Below are positions 55,411-64,000 of a stretch of DNA of 64,000 nucleotides, one piece after another. The notes under the pieces were generated by a model that saw nothing but the letters and a program-made list of their open reading frames with translations, was not told the DNA's origin and did not search any database. The DNA comes from Planctomycetota bacterium (GTDB taxonomy: Bacteria > Planctomycetota > UBA1135 > GCA-002748355), in the NCBI GenBank assembly GCA_002748355.1, contig PDSF01000041.1, positions 6,293 through 70,292 on the forward strand, read 5' to 3'. The position numbers and the translations under genes are program-made. Numbering within the stretch: the stretch's first letter is position 1; every line of letters begins with the position of its first letter.

Positions 55411-55676
55411 GTCGTTTTTCTGGCTGGGTTTCTCGGGGCGGAGGAGGACGTTCAGGGGCGGGCCGGGATGGCTTCCTTGTTCCTTCTCGCGCCTCCCCAA
55501 AACGCTCTTCCCTAGGAGCCGGGAACGGTCTGAGGGCTTTGCATGGGGCTATCCCCGTGTGTCGCCCTGATCTTCTGCTCCCAGGTCTTGGCTTCGCTTC
55601 TCGCTCTTGCCGGGGATTTTTCTTTCTTCCAGGGCAAGGGCTCGGCAGCCTCTCCCGCGTCTTTCGCGGTTCACAA

Positions 55677-55753
55677 GGTGACGTGCCCGAGTGGCCTAAG
55701 GGAACGGATTGCAAATCCGTGATTCGCCGGTTCGAATCCGGCCGTCACCTCCA
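55677..55753 (+). tRNA. tRNA-Cys (anticodon GCA)
   Basis: GGTGACG/CGTCACC acceptor stem, U73, encoded CCA; anticodon arm ACGGA-TTGCAAA-TCCGT; T-loop GTTCGAATC. Confidence 0.96.
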
Positions 55754-55808
55754 CTTCTTTTCTGTGCCTCTGCCCGGGCTTGCAGCCCTTCCGCTGGAGG
55801 GAGCTTGG

Positions 55809-55861
55809 CCCCGAGTCGCAGACCCCGAGTCGACACCCAGAGTCGACACCCCGAGTTGTCA
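55809..55861. repeat. Four 13-14 bp tandem units (CCCCGAGTCGACA-like)
   Basis: CCCCGAGTCGCAGA, CCCCGAGTCGACA, CCCAGAGTCGACA, CCCCGAGTTGTCA. Confidence 0.8.
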
Positions 55862-55871
55862 CGCCGAGGTA

Positions 55872-56096
55872 ATGCACGTGGTCACCCGCAAGATCTACTG
55901 TGCCTTTCCGCAGGAGATCATCCAGGAGCCGCTGCTCTACAGCATCGCCACGCAGTTCTCCGTTGTGCCCAATATCCGTGGCGCTTCGGTGCGCGAGGAC
56001 GAGGCGACGATGGATCTTGAGCTGGAAGGCGACGAGCAGGCCATCGAGTCTGTGATCGAGTATCTGCGCAAGCGTGGAATCACCGTCAACGAGTGA
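55872..56096 (+). CDS. Stand-alone NIL-domain protein
   Basis: FPQEIIQEPLLY...NIRGASV...MDLELEG...IEYLRKRGITV; RBS GAGG. Confidence 0.85.
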   Translation: MHVVTRKIYCAFPQEIIQEPLLYSIATQFSVVPNIRGASVREDEATMDLELEGDEQAIESVIEYLRKRGITVNE

Positions 56097-56156
56097 TTTC
56101 CTGAAGGGGCAGTTAGGCTAGGGGCTCTTGGGCTAGGGGGCTGCTAGACTCCCGGC

Positions 56157-57878
56157 ATGCTGCGCCTACTGCTTCCTGTGTCCCTCGTTCTGGCTGCGGC
56201 TCCCCCGCAGCTCCACGCCAATGACCTCTATGCCCGCGGCGCCAAAGCGGCCGTCGTCTCGGCCCATCCACTTGCGAGTGAGGTCGGGCTCCAGGTCCTG
56301 AAAGAGGGCGGCAACGCCGTCGATGCTGCCGTGGCTGTGGGCTTCGCCCTTGCCGTTGTGCATCCCCAGGCCGGCAACCTTGGCGGCGGCGGCTTTGCGC
56401 TGCTGTTTCAGGCCAATGGTGAGAGTCTGGCGCTCGACTTCCGCGAACGAGCTCCGGCACGTGCCCATCGGGACATGTACCTAGACAAGGACGGCAAGGT
56501 CCTGCGCAGCGCTTCGCTCTGGACAGCGAAGGCGGCCGGCGTCCCCGGATCGCCCAAGGGCTTGTGCCACCTGCATGCCAAGCACGGGAGTAAGCCTCTC
56601 CCAGAGCTACTCGCCCCGGCGATTCGCCTGGCTAAGCAGGGCTTCGTCGTCGACCACTTCCTTTCCTCGGCGATCCACGCCAAGCGCAAGATCCTCGGGC
56701 TGTGGAAGGAGAGTTCGCGGGTCTTTCTTCCGAATGGCCATGCCCTGGCCCAGGGAAGCGTGCTCCAGCAGCCAGAGCTGGCTCGCACCCTCGAGCGCAT
56801 CGCAGAGCACGGCGATGCTGGCTTCTACGAGGGCCCTGTCGCGGAGGCCCTGGTCGCGGCCATGCGGCGCCATAAGGGCTTGATCGATCTGGCCGACCTG
56901 AAGCAGTACCACGTCGTCGAGCGCAAGGTGCTTCGGGGCAGCTACCGCGGCCACCCGGTGCTGGCGATGCCGCCACCGAGTTCGGGCGGCGTGGCCGTGA
57001 TCCAGATGCTGCATTTCGTCGAGCCCTTCGACCTGGGGCGCCTTGGTTTTGGGAGTGCCCGCGGCTTGCATCTACGCATCGAGGCCATGCGCCGGGCCTT
57101 TGCCGATCGCGCCAAGTGGCTCGGCGATCCCGACTTCTTCCCGGTGCCGGTGGCCGGGCTTATCGACAAGGACTACGTCGCCAAGCGGCGTCAGGACTTC
57201 GATTGGGAGCGGGCGACGCCTGGGCTCGGCGCTGGCCAGCCGAAGGGGGCGCCAAAGATCGACGATCCCCAGGGCGTGCGGCGAGAGTCGAAGGACACGA
57301 CGCATTATTCGATCGTCGACGCCGCGGGTAACGCGGTCTCGATTACGACGACGATTAACTCGAGCTTCGGTAATGGCCAGCTGGTCCCGGGCGCGGGCTT
57401 CTTGCTCAATAACGAGATGGATGATTTCTCGGCCAAGCCCGGAGTGCCGAATCAGTTTGGCTTGGTGGGAGCCAAGGCGAACGAAATCCAGCCCGGTAAG
57501 CGCCCGCTCAGCTCAATGAGTCCGACCATCGTCCTGAGCAAGGACGGTAAGCGGCCCTTGCTGATCCTCGGTAGCCCGGGGGGCAGCCGTATTATCAATA
57601 CGACCTTCCAGGTGATCCTAAATGTCCTCGATCACCAGATGCCGATTCGGCAGGCGGTGCCTGCGCCGCGTATCCACCACCAGTTTTTGCCGCCGGCGCT
57701 TTATTGGGAGCCCTTGGCTCTGCCGCAGGAGGTGCGTGCAGCGCTTCTCGCCCGCGGGCATAGCATTCAGGACAAAGCCCGCATCATTGGTCGCTGCCAA
57801 GCGATTTGGCTGCCCCGGCCCGGGCGAGTCGAGGCGATGGCGGATCCGCGTAGCGGGGGGGCGGCGAAGGCCTGGTAG
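56157..57878 (+). CDS. ggt: Periplasmic gamma-glutamyltranspeptidase (canonical)
   Basis: Signal peptide; GGNAVDAAVA; LDFRE; PPPSSGG; DTTHYSIVD; NNEMDDF; RPLSSMSP; GSPGGSRI. Confidence 0.95.
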   Translation: MLRLLLPVSLVLAAAPPQLHANDLYARGAKAAVVSAHPLASEVGLQVLKEGGNAVDAAVAVGFALAVVHPQAGNLGGGGFALLFQANGESLALDFRERAPARAHRDMYLDKDGKVLRSASLWTAKAAGVPGSPKGLCHLHAKHGSKPLPELLAPAIRLAKQGFVVDHFLSSAIHAKRKILGLWKESSRVFLPNGHALAQGSVLQQPELARTLERIAEHGDAGFYEGPVAEALVAAMRRHKGLIDLADLKQYHVVERKVLRGSYRGHPVLAMPPPSSGGVAVIQMLHFVEPFDLGRLGFGSARGLHLRIEAMRRAFADRAKWLGDPDFFPVPVAGLIDKDYVAKRRQDFDWERATPGLGAGQPKGAPKIDDPQGVRRESKDTTHYSIVDAAGNAVSITTTINSSFGNGQLVPGAGFLLNNEMDDFSAKPGVPNQFGLVGAKANEIQPGKRPLSSMSPTIVLSKDGKRPLLILGSPGGSRIINTTFQVILNVLDHQMPIRQAVPAPRIHHQFLPPALYWEPLALPQEVRAALLARGHSIQDKARIIGRCQAIWLPRPGRVEAMADPRSGGAAKAW

Positions 57879-57926
57879 CCCGGCCATTCGCCGCCTGCTA
57901 GCGATCGCCCTATTCCCGATCGCCGG

Positions 57927-59957
57927 CTACGGCTTGATGTAGATCTGCACCGGGTTATCCCGCCCGCCAAAGACCCGGATCTCCTTTTTGGAGGTCTGCA
58001 GGTCCTTCATCTTCAGGAAGGGGTTGGGCAGGTCGGTTCGTGCGGCATTGATCTCGTAGGTCCCCTCTGGCAAGGGCCGGGAGATTTTGAAGCTGCCGTC
58101 TGGGCCAGTGAAGGTCTTCTCCCAGAAGGGCTGCGCCTTATTGCCCTCACCCGAGTTGCCGCTAATCGTTACCTCAGCGCCGGCCACCGGCCGTCCCTGG
58201 AAAAACACCTTGCCCGAGACCGTGCCGCCCTGGTTCAGGCGGATGGTGCCGAGCTCGTTCTTTTGTGCCTCCTGCACGACGATGTCGGTCTTATTCATGC
58301 GTGTGTAGGCGGGGTGGTCTACGACGATCTGGTAGGTGCCAGGAGTGAGCTTGCTGAGGGTGAATCGCCCCTTGTCGTTGGTCGTGGTCGCTGTGTGGGT
58401 AACGATCTTCGGGATGAAGTCCTTAAAGGCTTTGAAAAAGGGATTGTCCTGGTAGCTGTTTTCCTGGGTCTTGATCGAAACGGCGCTAATGGGGTTACCT
58501 GAGGCATCGGTTACCGTGCCGGTAATCGTCCCGCCCTGGTTCATTTGGATACGCAGCTCGATGGGGCTTGTCTGGCCAGCGCTACTGGTGAAGTTCTTGC
58601 TATAGGTCTTCGCGTAACCGATCGCGGTGACCTGGAACACGTAGTTCCCCTGCGGGATGCCACTGAAGAGCGAGGACCCATCCCGGTTGGCACGCATTTC
58701 CTGGGCGGGAACATTGCTGCGCCCATAGTTCGCTTCGCCCTCACCTTCGAAATAACTGCGAAGCTCAAGGCGGTAGGCCGTCAGCGCTCGCCCCTGCTTG
58801 CTGGTGACCGTGACCCTGGCTTGACCGAGGGTTTCGAGGACGATCTGCACATCCTCAGCTTTGACGCCGTTGCCAGCGCGCACCGGCTTCTGCTCACCTT
58901 CGATATAGCCGGTCGCTTTTGCCAGCAGGCGGTAGCTGCCCTCTTCCAGGCCGAGCAGCTCGAACTTCCCCTCGTCGTCGGTGAAGCAGGAGTTAGGCTG
59001 CTGATTTTCGCGGGAGAAGGCCAGCGCCTCGACCTGGGCCCGCGAAATACCCTTGCCCTGGGCATCGGTCACGAAGCCCGAGATAACGAAGCCACCCCCG
59101 AGCTGGAAATCCATCGACTGCTGGCGATCGCTCTTGCCAAAGGTCAGGTCGTCACGGAAGACGGAGCCATACCCGCGTGCTACGGCCTTCACCGTGAAGC
59201 TGCCCATTGGCAGGTTGTCGACCACGTAGCGGCCCTTGGCGTCGCTGATCCCGGTTGCGCCTTCCTCAAAGCCCGGGGTCGCTTGCAAGAGGTTGGTCTG
59301 GGGGAGGGTGACTCGAACGATGGCGCCTTCGATCGGGGCCTTGCTCTTCGCGTCGCGCACAAAGCCTGTCAGCTTGTGTCCGGCACTGAGCCTGAGCAGC
59401 TGCAGGTCCTCCCATTTGCCGGACTGCACCCGCACCGGCTTCTTGAAGATGCTATGTCCCGGAGCCACGACGTGGAGTTCGTAGCTGTGCTCTCCCTCGC
59501 TCGGAGCTGCACCCAATTGGAAGGCGCCGTTGGCACCGCTTACCCCTTGGGCGCCGATTTGACTGAGCGGCTGGGTGCCCGCCTGCTGGGCGGCGATGAT
59601 CATGCCGAGCATGTCCGTTGCCGGCAGAGTCCGCACCAGGTAGATCTTGGCCCCGACAGCTGGCCCGCCCTGGCTGGTGACGATGCGGCCGCGGATCCCC
59701 TGCGGATACTCCTTCGATTGCCGCTCCGACCTTCTCCGCCGCACGGGTTGGTCTTGGTTCTTCGTCTCGCTATCGCTCCCAGCGCTCGGCTCTTTGGCGC
59801 CGATGCTCTCGCCGATGCTCGGGGCTTCCTGCGGACCGCCTAGGGCCGGGGCCGAAGTCTCTGCCTCTCGAGCCCCTTGGGTCTCGTTCTTGAATGCGAA
59901 GAGATAGACGAGCCCGGCGAGGACCAGGATCAGGAGAGGGATGAGGACTTTGTTCAT
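57927..59957 (-). CDS. Membrane-anchored protein with tandem carboxypeptidase-regulatory-like (Cna-B/transthyretin-like) domains
   Basis: N-terminal TM; repeated G.I.G.V.D..G.PI.GA.V...T...G.F...L..G.Y modules. Confidence 0.8.
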   Translation of the reverse strand: MNKVLIPLLILVLAGLVYLFAFKNETQGAREAETSAPALGGPQEAPSIGESIGAKEPSAGSDSETKNQDQPVRRRRSERQSKEYPQGIRGRIVTSQGGPAVGAKIYLVRTLPATDMLGMIIAAQQAGTQPLSQIGAQGVSGANGAFQLGAAPSEGEHSYELHVVAPGHSIFKKPVRVQSGKWEDLQLLRLSAGHKLTGFVRDAKSKAPIEGAIVRVTLPQTNLLQATPGFEEGATGISDAKGRYVVDNLPMGSFTVKAVARGYGSVFRDDLTFGKSDRQQSMDFQLGGGFVISGFVTDAQGKGISRAQVEALAFSRENQQPNSCFTDDEGKFELLGLEEGSYRLLAKATGYIEGEQKPVRAGNGVKAEDVQIVLETLGQARVTVTSKQGRALTAYRLELRSYFEGEGEANYGRSNVPAQEMRANRDGSSLFSGIPQGNYVFQVTAIGYAKTYSKNFTSSAGQTSPIELRIQMNQGGTITGTVTDASGNPISAVSIKTQENSYQDNPFFKAFKDFIPKIVTHTATTTNDKGRFTLSKLTPGTYQIVVDHPAYTRMNKTDIVVQEAQKNELGTIRLNQGGTVSGKVFFQGRPVAGAEVTISGNSGEGNKAQPFWEKTFTGPDGSFKISRPLPEGTYEINAARTDLPNPFLKMKDLQTSKKEIRVFGGRDNPVQIYIKP

Positions 59958-60060
59958 CGTGCAAAGGCAGCTGGGGTCAGGCTTGTGGAGTCCGGCAGGT
60001 AGAGTCAGGCCCTTGGAGGCCTTGCGCCCTGCGGCCGCACAACTTCTTTCGGGCGGCCTG

Positions 60061-61860
60061 CTAGCGCAAGTTGATTGAGACGGATTGGCCGCTGGAAACT
60101 TGCGCGAGCTCGGGCGCTTTCTGGCTGCCGACGCGCTGGACCATATAGCCACCGGGGGCGAGTCCGCGCCACTCGTGCTCTCGGCTCACGACAAAGCAGT
60201 GACGCAGCGGCGGACCACCGTGCAGGGGGCGGAGGATGACTTGGCAGGGTAGTGGCAGCTCGTTGCTGAGCCTCAGCTGCAGGCAAGCGTCGCCAGGGGG
60301 CCATCGCAGCGTGAGTTCCTGCTTCTCGCTTGCCGAGACTTCGCCGCGCGCAAGGAGTTGGGCCGGGGCCCGGCCCAGGCTGCCTTCGAGTTCGAAGGGG
60401 CCGGCAGCCAAGCCGGAAAGCTCGAATCGCCCCTCAGCATCGCTGCTTGTCCAGGCCAAGAGACGTCGGCGAACTTCCAGCTTCCGGCTACCGAGAGGCA
60501 GGGGCCGGCGCAGCTCAAGGCGCAGCCCTGTGAGGGGATGGCCTTGGGCGTCGAGCACGCGGCCGCGCAGAGTCTTGCCTGGGTCGAGCTGGACGCTGCG
60601 TTCGACGAAGGGCTCGCCGCGCAGCCGCAGCTCAAACTCGCTCGCTGCGAAGCCCGCCACCCGCAGCGCGACTCGCCAATCCCCCGGCCCCAGCCCCTGG
60701 ACGCGAAGCAGGCTGCCTTGGATGGGCAGGGGGCCGAAGCTTATGGGCTGCCGCTGTCCGGCCGCGCTCAGCAGGAGGCTCAGGCTCTGCGGCAGCGGTC
60801 GGCCGGCGCTGGCCAGGCGAAGGCGGAGCTCGGTGCCGCTTGGCAAGCGCAGCTGTAGCGGGGCCGGATGCGGCAGGTTGAGTTCGCGTTCGACGGCAGC
60901 CCCAGCTGGATGGGCGCGTGCGCTGACCAGGCAGGGCCCGGGCAGGAGTCCCTCGGCCGCGAAATACCCTTCGGCATCGCTGAGCAGTTCCCGGGGAGCC
61001 TGCTTTTCCCCAGGGAGGATGCGGATGAGGGCCTGGGCACCTGGCTTCCCCTCGGGTCCGAGGACCCGGCCGCGAAGCCGGTGCCCGCGTTCCAAAACCA
61101 CTTCGATCTCTGCGCCGTCGGCCACCAGCCCCGTGCGTCGCTGCTCGGCCCAGGGAGGCGGGGGCAGGACCGAGAGCTCGTAGGGCTGGTCGGCAAGACC
61201 ATGGAAGGCGAAGTGGCCGACGCTGTCGCTGCGGCTGCTCCGGGCCTGGGGGGCGAAGGGTCCTTCGGCGCTGGCGAGGCTGGGCAGCAGCTCCAGCACG
61301 GCGCCTGCTAGGCCAGCGCCGCTGGGAAGGGCCACGCGCCCTCGCAGGCTTAGCCCGCTCTGCAGGCGCAGAGAGCCGAGCTCAAGGAGGCCTTCAGCAG
61401 GAAGATCCAGGTAGCGCAGCATGGGGAGCGAGGCGTATTCGGGATGCTCGACTGCGAGCGAATAGCCGGAGCCTGGGGGGGCGGGTAGGCGGAAGCGCCC
61501 CAGGGCATCGCTGCGGCCCTCGCGCGGCGGCTTGCCAGGCAGGCGCTCGTAGAGCAGGATCCGCGCGCCTCGCACCGGCACGTCCAGGGGGTCGATGACC
61601 CGGCCGCGGATGCCGGAGCTTGCTTGCGGCGGGCTGCTCGGGCTGCTCGGGCTGCCAGCTCCGGTGAAGGGGGCTTGCTTCTGGGCTGGAGCGGACTTCG
61701 CCGCTGCCGGCGCTAGTGGAGCGCCCTCTTGGCTCGCCTCCTGCTCCAGCCGCTCCGGCACTTCGCTGGAAGCTGGAGCAAAGAGGCCTGGGAGCAGGAG
61801 CCAGAGAGCGAGTGGCAGCAATACTAGGGAAATCAGCAACAGGGTTTTCGCTCGTGCCAT
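60061..61860 (-). CDS. Second carboxypeptidase-regulatory-like repeat protein
   Basis: N-terminal TM; repeated LRGRV...G.P..GA...SDAEG.F...GL..G modules. Confidence 0.75.
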   Translation of the reverse strand: MARAKTLLLISLVLLPLALWLLLPGLFAPASSEVPERLEQEASQEGAPLAPAAAKSAPAQKQAPFTGAGSPSSPSSPPQASSGIRGRVIDPLDVPVRGARILLYERLPGKPPREGRSDALGRFRLPAPPGSGYSLAVEHPEYASLPMLRYLDLPAEGLLELGSLRLQSGLSLRGRVALPSGAGLAGAVLELLPSLASAEGPFAPQARSSRSDSVGHFAFHGLADQPYELSVLPPPPWAEQRRTGLVADGAEIEVVLERGHRLRGRVLGPEGKPGAQALIRILPGEKQAPRELLSDAEGYFAAEGLLPGPCLVSARAHPAGAAVERELNLPHPAPLQLRLPSGTELRLRLASAGRPLPQSLSLLLSAAGQRQPISFGPLPIQGSLLRVQGLGPGDWRVALRVAGFAASEFELRLRGEPFVERSVQLDPGKTLRGRVLDAQGHPLTGLRLELRRPLPLGSRKLEVRRRLLAWTSSDAEGRFELSGLAAGPFELEGSLGRAPAQLLARGEVSASEKQELTLRWPPGDACLQLRLSNELPLPCQVILRPLHGGPPLRHCFVVSREHEWRGLAPGGYMVQRVGSQKAPELAQVSSGQSVSINLR

Positions 61861-61992
61861 GCCTGCTTCTACCATCTCGCGGCCCTGTTCCGGTCAAGTC
61901 CGCCGGGAGTATTCACGGGATATCGACGAAGTGGATGGCCTAAAGGCCACTCCTTCGTCTTGTTCACTCATCCCTCGGAGTTCAGTCAAAGC

Positions 61993-62712
61993 ATGCTCGC
62001 CTACTTCTTTGATCCTATGTACTTTCTCTTCGTCGGCCCCTTCATGCTTCTGGCGTGGTGGGCTTCTTCGAAGGTGAAGGGCACTTTTCGTCGCTACAAC
62101 CAGCAGCAGATTCGCTCTGGGATCAGCGGCCAAGAGGCGGCCGCTACGATCCTTCGTGCTGCTGGCTTGCACGACGTACAGATCGGGCGGGTGGAGGGCA
62201 TGCTCTCCGATCACTACAACCCCCAGACCCGGTCGGTGATGCTCTCGGACGAGATCCTCCACGGTCGCACACCGGCGGCGGTGGCCGTTGCGGCGCACGA
62301 ATGTGGGCACGCCTTGCAGCACCAGCAGGGATACCGGCCGATGGAGTGGCGTTCGACCTTGGTGCCGGTGGTGCAGATCGGCAGCTCGCTCGCCACGCCG
62401 CTGATCATGGGCGGTCTGATCCTCTTGGTTTTGACCAAGGCTTCCTTCGGACTCTACATCGCGATGTTTGGCGTCATCGCCTTCGCTTTGGCGGTGCTCT
62501 TCCACTTCGTGACCCTGCCTGTCGAGTTCGATGCTTCGGCTCGCGCCATCCGCATCTTGGAACAGTCGGGGATCGTGGCTGAGGACGAGATGCCCGGCGT
62601 GCGCAAGACCCTCTATGCCGCGGGCTTTACCTATGTCGCCTCGGCCTTGGTCGCCTTGGCCCAGCTCGCCTACTTCTTGATGTTGATCCTACGGGCGCAG
62701 TCCGAGGACTAG
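61993..62712 (+). CDS. Putative neutral zinc metallopeptidase (YugP/Zn_peptidase_2 family)
   Basis: LSDHYNP, AVAAHECGHALQH, TLPVEFDASARA, AAGFTYVA. Confidence 0.9.
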   Translation: MLAYFFDPMYFLFVGPFMLLAWWASSKVKGTFRRYNQQQIRSGISGQEAAATILRAAGLHDVQIGRVEGMLSDHYNPQTRSVMLSDEILHGRTPAAVAVAAHECGHALQHQQGYRPMEWRSTLVPVVQIGSSLATPLIMGGLILLVLTKASFGLYIAMFGVIAFALAVLFHFVTLPVEFDASARAIRILEQSGIVAEDEMPGVRKTLYAAGFTYVASALVALAQLAYFLMLILRAQSED

Positions 62713-62774
62713 CCGGCAGCTGGAAAGGCTCGCAGAGGAAAATAGCCTTGAGCTGGCGCCCGGACATCGACGTA

Positions 62775-62812
62775 GAAAAGCCCGGCGAATCGAGGGATTC
62801 GTCGGGCTTTTC
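62775..62812. terminator. Bidirectional intrinsic terminator
   Basis: GAAAAGCCCGGCGAATC-GAGG-GATTCGTCGGGCTTTTC, between convergent genes. Confidence 0.8.
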
Positions 62813-62844
62813 TGTGGCAATAGGGCTTCGAGGGCAGCCGCCGT

Positions 62845-62895
62845 GTTCTCGAGGAGTCAGAGTTCTCGAGGAGTCAGAGTTCTCGCGGAGTCAGA
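62845..62895. repeat. 17-bp intergenic tandem repeat x3
   Basis: GTTCTCGAGGAGTCAGA x2 plus GTTCTCGCGGAGTCAGA. Confidence 0.92.
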
Positions 62896-62945
62896 AACGG
62901 CCGTCTCGCTGGCCCGCATCGCTGACAGGGCTGCGCTTCTCCGGC

Positions 62946-63680
62946 TCAGATCTGACCGGCGTTATCAATCGGGCCGGCGCTGGTTGGATCTATGTCGATG
63001 GCGACCGAGACGCTGGAAAGCAGCTCCTTAATCCGGTTTTCGACCACGTTGACATTGATCACGTTGTCGATGACCACCGCTTCGCGTGTTGTTGCCGGAT
63101 AAAAGATGATCCGCCCCGAGCGCAGAAGCAGATACTCCATCAGGTCGTAGATCTCCTTCTGCATGCGCATGGCCGAGGTCGGGGTGCGCTGAATATCGCC
63201 AAGGTAGCCTGAGTGGTGGAGGATCTCGTTGCGGTTGATCTCGTAGTAATTGAATCGCGAGTTCACGAAGACCAATAGGTAGATCAGCGCGAAGAACAGG
63301 ACGACGAAGAAGTAGAAGTCTCTGCTCATTCGGATGTCGATACTGTTGATGAAATCCCGGATCGGGGTCATCACTTCGTATTTATTGTTGGCCCACATCA
63401 GGGCGAACATGATGGCGATTGCGATGAAGACGATGGTGATCGACTTGATGCGGCTGAAGTCGAAGGAGAAGACCAGCAGGTTGGTCAAGAAAACGATCAT
63501 GAAGATGCCGCCGAGCATGGGGCTGCCCGGCTGCCCCGCCTTCTGCGAATCCAAGATGAAGGCGGCGACCCAGGCCACTAAGGCGACCAGTAGGGTTGGG
63601 TAGAAGAAGATCACCTTCGGCCAGGGACGGATGATGATGCGGTCAAAGCGCTTCGGCTTCTGCTCGCTGGCGTTGTTCAT
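62946..63680 (-). CDS. Hypothetical membrane protein with a C-terminal bacterial PH-like domain
   Basis: Four TM helices, then NYYEINRNEI...YLLLRSGRIIFY, typical of bPH-type tails. Confidence 0.7.
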   Translation of the reverse strand: MNNASEQKPKRFDRIIIRPWPKVIFFYPTLLVALVAWVAAFILDSQKAGQPGSPMLGGIFMIVFLTNLLVFSFDFSRIKSITIVFIAIAIMFALMWANNKYEVMTPIRDFINSIDIRMSRDFYFFVVLFFALIYLLVFVNSRFNYYEINRNEILHHSGYLGDIQRTPTSAMRMQKEIYDLMEYLLLRSGRIIFYPATTREAVVIDNVINVNVVENRIKELLSSVSVAIDIDPTSAGPIDNAGQI

Positions 63681-63822
63681 AATCGGGGTCCGTGCTTCTC
63701 ATGTCCTGTTGGGATCAATGCTTTGCGATCATCGCCAGAGCCCGGAAGTCGGTCAAAGGCTGATTCGATTGAGGTCTTGCTCTGGCTTGCGATGGTTTCG
63801 CGACTTCGAGTTCCTGGGCAGG

Positions 63823-63999
63823 CTACTTTCTGCGGAGTTCGTCTCTGCTGAGTTTGTCGGTTTCGGGCAGAGCCTTCAGTTGTTCCTGCACGAAGGCCTG
63901 GGCGGCCGGGTCGTCGCAGGCGGCAATTGCGCCTAGGCGTAGGCGCCGCTCTTCCGCATCGAGCCTCGTTGGGCTGGATTGATAGCTCGCGATCATTTC
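63823..63999 (-). CDS. 3' end of a CDS running in from beyond the window
   Basis: Open minus frame EMIASYQSSPTRLDAEERRLRLGAIAACDDPAAQAFVQEQLKALPETDKLSRDELRRK* with host-like codons. Confidence 0.5.
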   Translation of the reverse strand, partial: EMIASYQSSPTRLDAEERRLRLGAIAACDDPAAQAFVQEQLKALPETDKLSRDELRRK

Positions 64000-64000
64000 C

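Overview
High-GC diderm bacterial chromosome window. The protein style suggests a Planctomycetota-like organism; that assignment is inference only. Contents in order: a 5'-truncated HEAT/TPR gene; initiator tRNA-Met; a lower-GC cobamide salvage operon (cobT-cobS-cobC-btuF-btuD-btuC-like); an Mrr-type nuclease; a TolB-like propeller; a CarH-type B12 photoreceptor; a frameshifted sulfatase remnant; and sodN/sodX (Ni-SOD). A ~20 kb translationally coupled type IV filament/T2SS-like operon follows (FHA protein, PilM-PilN fusion, PilO-like, TPR protein, five pilins, Zn-finger exported protein, PPIase, scpB). Its 1738-aa K-type pilin carries repeated beta-modules that look like those of phage tail proteins. 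Next come a PpiD-like chaperone, recJ, selA, selD (a selenoprotein whose in-frame UGA the ORF track missed), holA, mutL and a Na+/solute symporter. The last part holds a lower-GC GH-A-like lipoprotein, two different GGT-family enzymes, a WecA/MraY-like transferase, nadD, tRNA-Cys, a NIL protein, two carboxypeptidase-regulatory-domain proteins and a Zn peptidase. Many intergenic gaps hold short tandem repeats. No CRISPR array or intact mobile element was found. All assignments come from motif recognition by eye; no database searches were run.
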